DNA of 17,827 bases, from positions 1 through 17,827 of the forward strand of contig JAYENX010000011.1 of assembly GCA_034722435.1 (NCBI GenBank), read 5' to 3'. Shown piece after piece: positions 1 through 6,627 of this stretch (its first letter is position 1; each line of letters starts with the position of its first letter). A program made the translations under genes and the position numbers. The DNA is from Nanobdellota archaeon (lineage in GTDB: Archaea; Nanobdellota; Nanobdellia; Woesearchaeales; JAHWHD01). The notes below the pieces were generated by a model. It made no database searches. It saw only the letters and a list, made by a program, of their open reading frames with translations, and had not been told where the DNA came from.

Positions 1-1
1 A

Positions 2-340
2 TACAAACAAGTAATCTTGGTAAGACAAGATTTGAAACTTCCTAAAGGTAAATTGGCAGCACAGGTTGCGCATGCTTCTGTTGATGCAGTTCTTAAGACC
101 GGAAAATTGAAAGTTGATGCATGGAGAGCTGAAGGTATGAAGAAGGTTGTGCTCAAGGTTAAAGATAAAAAAGAACTTCTTGATTATCAGCAATTGGCAA
201 AAGGGGAAGGTTTAGTAGCGGCAGTTATTACTGATGCTGGAAAGACTGTAGTTGCGCCAGGAACAATGACTTGTGTAGCTATAGGCCCTGATAGAGAAGA
301 TACGATTGATGGAATTACTAAAGATCTTAAAATGGTTTAA
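2..340 (+). CDS. pth2: Peptidyl-tRNA hydrolase, archaeal/eukaryotic Pth2 type (5'-partial)
   Basis: The frame is open from base 2 (YKQVILVRQDLKLPKGKLAAQVAHAS...KKVVLKV...DAGKT...TCVAIGP), which contains the Pth2 signature motifs. The true start lies upstream of the window; the TTG at 17 is an internal Leu. Confidence 0.96.
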   Translation, partial: YKQVILVRQDLKLPKGKLAAQVAHASVDAVLKTGKLKVDAWRAEGMKKVVLKVKDKKELLDYQQLAKGEGLVAAVITDAGKTVVAPGTMTCVAIGPDREDTIDGITKDLKMV

Positions 341-355
341 TTTTTAATTCATTAT

Positions 356-382
356 ATTATTATTATTATTATTATTATTATT
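356..382. repeat. (ATT)9 trinucleotide microsatellite between convergent genes
   Basis: Nine perfect ATT units read directly from the sequence. Confidence 0.95.
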
Positions 383-417
383 TCTTTTTAAATTATAATT
401 ATATTGTAGAATTATTT

Positions 418-927
418 TTATTCTTTTTTATATGTAATTAGAAGGTATATAATTACTGCAATTGCTGCGCTAATAAGAATATAGAAAACTAATGGACTAG
501 ATCCTTCTAAATTTTCAGTAGGTGATTGGGAAGTTAATGTTTCGGTATTTTCAGTTGAAGGATTTATTGTTGTTTCTAGAGGACAATCTGCATCCTGATT
601 TTTATTGATTAATTCTTTTAATCCTTGGATTATAGGCGTATCCCCCATAAGATAATCTTCTCCTACAAAAACTGCAGGTACTCCTGCTCTTGTAATTCCA
701 TATTTTTGTAAAGTTTCATGAAAGATTCCTGCATTTGCTTCGTTGCTCCAGGTTTCAAACTTGTGAAGATTTACTTCTGGATAATTTAGTTTAATATCTT
801 CTAATAATGGAACGACATTAGAACAGTGCGGGCAGCCGTCACCATAGAAGTAATATATGCATGTGCTACTTACCATAGGTATTATGAGTAACATCATAGC
901 AAATATAAGGATGATTATTTTTTTCAT
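418..927 (-). CDS. Exported thioredoxin/glutaredoxin-fold protein (CPHC) with signal peptide and C-terminal membrane anchor
   Basis: MKKIIILIFAMMLLIIPMVSS signal peptide; YYFYGDGCPHC active site; GVPAVFV cis-Pro loop; T/S/E/P-rich linker; hydrophobic C-terminal helix followed by KKE. Start moved from 972 to 927 because of the signal peptide and an upstream TATA box. Confidence 0.85.
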   Translation of the reverse strand: MKKIIILIFAMMLLIIPMVSSTCIYYFYGDGCPHCSNVVPLLEDIKLNYPEVNLHKFETWSNEANAGIFHETLQKYGITRAGVPAVFVGEDYLMGDTPIIQGLKELINKNQDADCPLETTINPSTENTETLTSQSPTENLEGSSPLVFYILISAAIAVIIYLLITYKKE

Positions 928-950
928 GAGTATATTAAATTCTATATTAA

Positions 951-958
951 TATATAAA
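951..958 (-). promoter_or_regulatory. Putative TATA box (TTTATATA) for the thioredoxin-fold gene
   Basis: Lies 24-31 nt upstream of the ATG at 927, consistent with a leaderless archaeal transcript. Confidence 0.5.
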
Positions 959-1044
959 TCTTGTGAATACAATTGGCTCGTGTATATACTTAATATCTAA
1001 CTATTTTATATACTCAAAAAACTATATATTATTTGGGTGGTCAA

Positions 1045-1131
1045 ATGGATATTGAATGGGAAAGATTTTGTTATGAAATTCCAAATGCTACGGTTGAAAT
1101 TATTAGAGAAATTATTGTATTTGACGAATAA
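1045..1131 (+). CDS. Candidate 28-aa small protein MDIEWERFCYEIPNATVEIIREIIVFDE
   Basis: ATG at 1045, TAA at 1129-1131; GGGTGG SD-like motif at 1035-1040; TTTTATATA at 1004-1012. Below the ORF-track length cutoff. Confidence 0.5.
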   Translation: MDIEWERFCYEIPNATVEIIREIIVFDE

Positions 1132-2392
1132 TAAATACTTTATCGTTAGGTCTGGCCTGGAACTCTAATTTCATAGCTATTCTTGTTCCTTTCTTAGCTT
1201 TTTTGATTTTGTTATGATCAAGTTCCATTGAATCTAGGGTTTGATATTTGGCTCCTGTAGTAGGTCCAGTGAAAAGAAGTTGATCTCCAGTGTTAAGTTC
1301 TCCGGATTCAACTTTGATTTCTGCAACATTAATCTTTTGGTAGAAATTTTTTACAATTCCAATATATACTTTTTTTGTTGTAGATGCTGATCCGTAAATG
1401 TTGGTTATATCTTCATTTGTAGGGGTCCCCATATAGAAACCGGTTGAAAATTTTCTGTTGAATACTTGTTTAAGCTTTTCCAAGCCTTTTTCTTTGAGTT
1501 CTTTGAATTCTTGGTTTTTCTTATTTTGATTATTATCTTGATTATTATTATTATTATTATTATTTAAATCGTTTTTATTATTTAGAAAGAATTCAATAAC
1601 TTCTTTATAGACTTTAATGATTGTTTTTACATATTCGGGTCCTTTATGTCTGCCTTCTATTTTGAAAGAATCAATACCTGCATCAACGAGTTGTTCTATG
1701 AATGGTAAAGTGCAAAGGTCTTTAGCTGAAAGAACGAAATTATTGTTTATTTCGAGTTCGTGACCTTCTTCAATATCGGTTGCTTTATAGGCTCTTCTGC
1801 AAGTTTGTAAGCAGTTTCCTCTGTTAGCTGATTTGCCGAAAAGGTCTTGGGATAAGAAACATCTTCCTGATACTGCAACGCACATTGCGCCGTGAATAAA
1901 AGTTTCAATTTCCATATCAAGATTTTCTTTTTTGATTTTAGTTTTTATTGACTTAATTTGTTCAAGAGAGAGTTCTCTGGCAAGGATTACTCTTCTAACT
2001 CCAAGTTTATAATATTCTTTAAGTGCTTCAAAGTTTGCGACTGATGCTTGTGTTGAGAGGTGTATTTCGAGATTATATTCTTTTGCAAGTGTGATGGTTG
2101 CCATGTCCCAACAAATGATTGCGTCAATATTTGCTTCTTTAGCGGACTCTAAAATTTGGCGTACTTTATCAATTTCGTCATCAAAGACAAGAGTGTTGAC
2201 TGTTAAGTATGCTTTAACATGATGTTCATGGCATTTTTCTACAACTTTTTTAAATTCGGTTAGTTGGAAATTATTACAGCTAATTCTCATGGTTAATTGT
2301 TTAGTGCCGAAGTATACTGCATCAGTTCCTGCTTCAATAGCGGCGGATAACATTTCCCAATTTCCTACGGGCGCGAGTATTTCTGGTTTCAT
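1112..2392 (-). CDS. Peptidase U32 family protein (TrhP/RlhA-like Fe-S RNA hydroxylase) with C-terminal beta-barrel domain
   Basis: EILAPVG...GTDAVYFG N-terminus; HGAMCVAVSGRCFLS...NRGNCLQTCR four-Cys motif; LSAKDLC; FKIEGR; C-terminal U32_C-like domain. Confidence 0.92.
   Translation of the reverse strand: MKPEILAPVGNWEMLSAAIEAGTDAVYFGTKQLTMRISCNNFQLTEFKKVVEKCHEHHVKAYLTVNTLVFDDEIDKVRQILESAKEANIDAIICWDMATITLAKEYNLEIHLSTQASVANFEALKEYYKLGVRRVILARELSLEQIKSIKTKIKKENLDMEIETFIHGAMCVAVSGRCFLSQDLFGKSANRGNCLQTCRRAYKATDIEEGHELEINNNFVLSAKDLCTLPFIEQLVDAGIDSFKIEGRHKGPEYVKTIIKVYKEVIEFFLNNKNDLNNNNNNNNQDNNQNKKNQEFKELKEKGLEKLKQVFNRKFSTGFYMGTPTNEDITNIYGSASTTKKVYIGIVKNFYQKINVAEIKVESGELNTGDQLLFTGPTTGAKYQTLDSMELDHNKIKKAKKGTRIAMKLEFQARPNDKVFIIRQIQ
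1541..1564. repeat. (ATT)8 microsatellite encoding poly-Asn within the U32 gene
   Basis: Eight perfect units; on the minus strand (AAT)8 encodes N8 in DLNNNNNNNNQDNNQNKKNQ. Confidence 0.95.
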
Positions 2393-2470
2393 GTTATTTT
2401 TATTATTACTTTTTAATATAAAGGTTATGGTATGGATAACTTTTTAAAATTTAATTTTATAATTTTATTA

Positions 2471-2866
2471 ATGATTGCAGGAATTGGAGATTCTTTGGAT
2501 ATTTCTGTATTTTTATCTTCTGATGAAATCGATAGACTTAAGGCTGGAACTTTAGATGGTGTAATGGTATATTGGAGTCATCCAAAACAGCAGAAAAGGT
2601 TGTGTGTGGGCGTTGATACAAATAAATCTGGGGAATTAGTTAGTTCAAGGCTTTCAGTTGTTGCAAGTGATGGTAATTATAAAATTTATCTTGGAGAAAA
2701 CTGTTATGAGGAACTGGTTCGTGATCGGCAGTTTCATTGTAGGTATGATACATTTGGGTCGAAGATAGAGTTGTTGGATGTAGCTAGTTTACAAGGATTT
2801 AGTGATAGGGACCGATTTGAAAGTTTGAAATTTTATAAAGAGCATAAAGGCGAATTAAGATTTTGA
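2471..2866 (+). CDS. Hypothetical protein (start 2471 preferred, 2432 possible)
   Basis: Open frame with protein-like composition. The AT-rich 13-codon extension looks like promoter sequence (TTTTAAAA about 25 nt before 2471). No family recognised. Confidence 0.7.
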   Translation: MIAGIGDSLDISVFLSSDEIDRLKAGTLDGVMVYWSHPKQQKRLCVGVDTNKSGELVSSRLSVVASDGNYKIYLGENCYEELVRDRQFHCRYDTFGSKIELLDVASLQGFSDRDRFESLKFYKEHKGELRF

Positions 2867-2916
2867 ATTGAATATAAGAAAAAAAGAATATAAAAATTAA
2901 AAAATAATTTTAAAGT

Positions 2917-3927
2917 TTATGTGCAATATCCCATTCCTGATTCTTGGATTAATAGGGTTCCAGTATAGCATCTATCGTTGTTACAGGCTTGGCCGCCTTT
3001 ATCACCGCATAATCTGTTAAAGCAGTATCCGTCAGGTTTGCATTCGCCGAAACTTGTTCCTGGACAGTAATTTCCAAATTCATCAGGTTTGTCACAACAT
3101 TTTTGTCCTTCATTGCCACAGTTTTCTGATTTTGCAGTTGTACTTTCTACACATGTCCATTTATTGTCTTTGAATTCAGGTGAACCTGAGTAACATGTTG
3201 TTGCGTCGCATACTGGTTCTCCAATTTCGCCGCATCCTATTTTATCACATACATTTCCTGTTTTACAACTAAGGCCTGTTCCAGGGCATAATGTCCCATA
3301 TCTACAGCATTTAGAACCTATAGCGTAACCACAATCACCTTCAACGCAGATATTGTTTTCACATGCTATGTTTGGATTAATACACTTTGTTTCTGATTCG
3401 GTTTCTTTACAACATGCTTGGCCTACACTTCCACATAAAATATTTTTGGTTTCTTCTTTTTTATCATCAATTAATCTACATCTGTAATATTGGTCGCAAA
3501 ATAAGTCAGTATCGCAGTTATTGTTATAGCAGCAAGCTTGAAGGTATTCGCCGCATTCTTTTTCGCCTTTGACTGCTTTTTCACAATCTCCGGGGTCAAG
3601 GTCTTCATAAATGTCATCATTTATTGCGCTAAGAACTGGATCATTGCACCATGCAGGGTCTTTTGTTTCTTTTGCAATTTCTAAGAGGCATTTAGCTTTT
3701 CTTTCATCTCTTTGGATTTCTTCACATGTATGTGCGTTTAGTGATGTTCTTCCTTCAGATAAAAGGCAATGGTCTAGTTTATTGAAATCGTTTGCATAAT
3801 CTTCAAAACACTTTGCGAAAATGTCGTCTGCATCTCTTGCTCGAGCACTTGTCGAACATCCGCAACCGCTAATAATTATAATTGATACTAATAGAATTCC
3901 TATAATGAGCATTGTTTCATTTTTCAT
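2917..3927 (-). CDS. Cys-rich secreted/lipoprotein with six CG-x-G-x-CC repeat modules
   Basis: Hydrophobic signal ending in lipobox-like IISG-C; 40 Cys in 336 aa by hand count; GAGGTG SD upstream of the ATG. Confidence 0.85.
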   Translation of the reverse strand: MKNETMLIIGILLVSIIIISGCGCSTSARARDADDIFAKCFEDYANDFNKLDHCLLSEGRTSLNAHTCEEIQRDERKAKCLLEIAKETKDPAWCNDPVLSAINDDIYEDLDPGDCEKAVKGEKECGEYLQACCYNNNCDTDLFCDQYYRCRLIDDKKEETKNILCGSVGQACCKETESETKCINPNIACENNICVEGDCGYAIGSKCCRYGTLCPGTGLSCKTGNVCDKIGCGEIGEPVCDATTCYSGSPEFKDNKWTCVESTTAKSENCGNEGQKCCDKPDEFGNYCPGTSFGECKPDGYCFNRLCGDKGGQACNNDRCYTGTLLIQESGMGYCT

Positions 3928-3985
3928 AAAAACACCTCTTTTAGTATTAGTTAATGAGAATTAATATTTTATTATATTTAAATTT

Positions 3986-4660
3986 TTACTTCATTAAGTT
4001 AATTTCATCAATATTAACTATAGGTCTTTCGATGTTAATAGTGTCATCATATGCAATTCTTGGGCACATAGTGTTTACCCAGCATTGAATATAGTTGAAG
4101 TTTATCAGTTGAGAGAAGTCTGCTGTATTACATAAGAATATTTGTGATTGTTTGTTTGTAGTATCTAATCTTTTTTTTAGTTCGATTGCGTCTTGTAACC
4201 TTTCTTGGCCGGGTTTAGTTGTTACTATGATTCCAATCTTTTCAGCTTGGTTATATTTATTTTTATTTTCTTTTAGACCCTTTTCAAATTTGTCAACATA
4301 ATCTTTTTCAAGAGGTTTTAGTTGGTTCATGAACGGGTTGAATACAAAGACGTCTTTATCTTTATTTTTTATCATGAAAGCAATAGGGTGAAAGAGACCG
4401 TCGCCTATATAGAAGAAAGCTCCTTCATCGTCAATTTTATCAATACTGCAACCTAGTACTTGGCCTGGATATTTTTGATGTTTGCCTTTGAATAGTTGGA
4501 CTTGTTTGCCTGCATCTTCTAATTGTTTTTTAATATCTGTAAGAGAATCGAAATATTGTATTGTTGTAGCAAGGATAAGTTTATTTGGAAGTTTAGGTAT
4601 ATCTTCTGTATTCAGTTTTATTTTATTTTTATATCTTGCTTCTACAAATAGTTTTTTCAT
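3986..4660 (-). CDS. dph2: Diphthamide synthesis protein Dph2 (domains 2+3 only)
   Basis: TTIQY, GQVLGC, YIGDGLFHP, GIIVTTKPGQ, WVNTMCPRIAYDD and PIVN motifs. At 224 aa it lacks the N-terminal domain of full-length archaeal Dph2. Confidence 0.88.
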   Translation of the reverse strand: MKKLFVEARYKNKIKLNTEDIPKLPNKLILATTIQYFDSLTDIKKQLEDAGKQVQLFKGKHQKYPGQVLGCSIDKIDDEGAFFYIGDGLFHPIAFMIKNKDKDVFVFNPFMNQLKPLEKDYVDKFEKGLKENKNKYNQAEKIGIIVTTKPGQERLQDAIELKKRLDTTNKQSQIFLCNTADFSQLINFNYIQCWVNTMCPRIAYDDTINIERPIVNIDEINLMK

Positions 4661-4682
4661 ATATTTAATTTAGAATGAGTTG

Positions 4683-4690
4683 TATTTAAA
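4683..4690 (-). promoter_or_regulatory. Putative TATA box (TTTAAATA) for dph2
   Basis: Lies 23-30 nt upstream of the ATG at 4660. Confidence 0.5.
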
Positions 4691-4712
4691 GCTAATTAAT
4701 ATCAAGGTAATA

Positions 4713-4720
4713 TTTATAAA
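4713..4720 (+). promoter_or_regulatory. Putative TATA box (TTTATAAA) for the permease gene
   Basis: Lies 24-31 nt upstream of the ATG at 4744. Confidence 0.5.
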
Positions 4721-4743
4721 CCCTTATATAAACTATATAAACT

Positions 4744-6627
4744 ATGTCTGAATTAAAAAAGGTGTTGAGTTTTCCTGTAATACTTCTGATAACTATAAAT
4801 TCAATCCTTGGTACAGGAATATTTTTCTTGCCAGCTTTAGGTGCGGGTTTTGCAGGTCCTGCCTCTTTAATATCTTGGATAATACTTGCGCTTATAGGGA
4901 TTTATATTTCAATGTGTTTTGCTGAACTAAGTAGCATGTTTCCTAAATCAGGCGGTATATATGAGTTTGTCAAGCAAAGCTTTTCGCGTCCAGTTAGTTT
5001 TTTAATAGGTTGGACAACGCTTGTAGCGGCGAATGTAACAATCGCAATGTTAGTGGTAGGTGCAATACAGTATTTAGCGCCTTACGCGCCTGCACTTGCA
5101 AAAATCATAATTTCTTTAGGGTTTGTGTTCATTTTTAATTACATTGCATATAGAGGTATGAAAACTTCGGCTACAATGTTAGTGGCTTTTGCAGTCATAA
5201 CTTTATCTACATTGTTTGCATTGATAATTCCTGGTTTGTTCAAGGTTCAAACTGTAAATTTTACTCCGTTCTTTGTATTTCCTGCATCGGCTATTTTTGT
5301 TGCAATATTTTTTATTGCAGAAACTTTTTTTGGATGGGAGACGGCAACTTTTCTTTCAGAAGAAACAAAGGATGGGGCAAAGGTAATGCCAAAAGCACTT
5401 TTTTATGGTACGTTGATGATTGCGGGGATTTCATTAGTTTTTGTTTTTGTAGGTTTAGGGGTTGTTAACTGGTCAGTATTTTCAAAGTCAGTAGCACCTT
5501 TAGGGGACATGTCTCAAGTGATTTATGGTTTATGGGCAGTGAAACCTTTCAGATTGGCAGTTTATCTTTCTATCATAGGTTCTGTTGCTGGATGGATTGT
5601 GTCTGCGCCAAGGTTAATATTTGCTCTTGCAAAGGATAAACTTTTCTTGAAAGGGTATACGAAACTTCATAAAAAATATTCAACACCTTATAAAGCTATT
5701 ATTTTACAGACAGTATTGACATCTATCTTAGTTTTTGTAGGTTTTGGAAGTTATGAAACTTTATTGATTATGCTTTTACCAATGGTACTTGTAATGTATT
5801 CGGTTGTGTTAATCAGTCTGGTCAGGCTTAGATATAAAAAACCAAATTTGAAAAGGTATTTCAGGGTTCCATTTGGAAAGATTGGGCCGATACTTGTAGT
5901 ATGTTTTAATTTTGCTTTGATTGTAATGTGGTTGATTGAAGAACCTGGTGCAATGAGTAGTTTTAGACTAGGAATGTCGTTTGTGTTGATAAGTATTCCA
6001 TTATATCTTCTTGTAGAATTTTATCATAATCCTAAGCTTACAATAAAGACAAAGACAGTTTTTGCTAAACTTTTTATCTTGACAGAAAACATGTTTTATC
6101 CTAGAGCAGTTAGAGAGTTGATAATTAAGAAGTTAGGCAGGAAAAGTAAGATGCATATACTTGAGTACGGCTGTACTGTGGGTACGTTAACAAAACATCT
6201 TGTGAAACATGTTAAACCTTTTGGGAAAGTGCATGCGTCTGATATGACTCCAAAACATTTAGAGATTACAAAGAAAAGATTGAAACTGCATCATAAACAT
6301 ATTTTATATTATCAGGATAGGCCTAATAAGGTTCATAAAGATATACCTAAAGTAGATGCAATTGTTTCTTATGATACTCTTGGTGATGTAGAAAAGATTA
6401 ATATTCTTTTGAAAGATATGAATAAACATCTTAAGACTGGTGGTAAAATTGTGTTTGTAGAGTTTACTAAGTTTTTTCATCTTATTCCGAATATCGATTG
6501 GTTACAGGATGATAAAGAAATTCGAATGATTTTTAAGAAAACGGGGTTTGATATTAAATTAGAACGGAAGAACGGTATATTCTTTAACCATATACATATA
6601 TGGGGATCGAAAGTTAAGAAGGTATAA
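4744..6627 (+). CDS. APC-superfamily amino acid permease fused to a C-terminal class I SAM-dependent methyltransferase domain
   Basis: TM1 INSILGTGIF, AGFAGPA, FAELSSMFPKSGGIYEF, FFGWE, EETKD and SAPRLIFALAKD are APC motifs. From about aa 470: ILEYGCTVG, VHASD, DAIVS, LKTGGKIVFVE fit the Rossmann MTase pattern. Confidence 0.9.
   Translation: MSELKKVLSFPVILLITINSILGTGIFFLPALGAGFAGPASLISWIILALIGIYISMCFAELSSMFPKSGGIYEFVKQSFSRPVSFLIGWTTLVAANVTIAMLVVGAIQYLAPYAPALAKIIISLGFVFIFNYIAYRGMKTSATMLVAFAVITLSTLFALIIPGLFKVQTVNFTPFFVFPASAIFVAIFFIAETFFGWETATFLSEETKDGAKVMPKALFYGTLMIAGISLVFVFVGLGVVNWSVFSKSVAPLGDMSQVIYGLWAVKPFRLAVYLSIIGSVAGWIVSAPRLIFALAKDKLFLKGYTKLHKKYSTPYKAIILQTVLTSILVFVGFGSYETLLIMLLPMVLVMYSVVLISLVRLRYKKPNLKRYFRVPFGKIGPILVVCFNFALIVMWLIEEPGAMSSFRLGMSFVLISIPLYLLVEFYHNPKLTIKTKTVFAKLFILTENMFYPRAVRELIIKKLGRKSKMHILEYGCTVGTLTKHLVKHVKPFGKVHASDMTPKHLEITKKRLKLHHKHILYYQDRPNKVHKDIPKVDAIVSYDTLGDVEKINILLKDMNKHLKTGGKIVFVEFTKFFHLIPNIDWLQDDKEIRMIFKKTGFDIKLERKNGIFFNHIHIWGSKVKKV

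Noticed and set aside
928-972. N-terminal 15-aa extension of the CPHC protein
   Set aside because: It overlaps the putative TATA box and precedes a clean signal peptide starting at 927.
2867-2916. GAATATAA direct repeat and A-tracts between convergent genes
   Set aside because: Low-complexity AT-rich spacer; at most a U-rich terminator for the Cys-rich gene.
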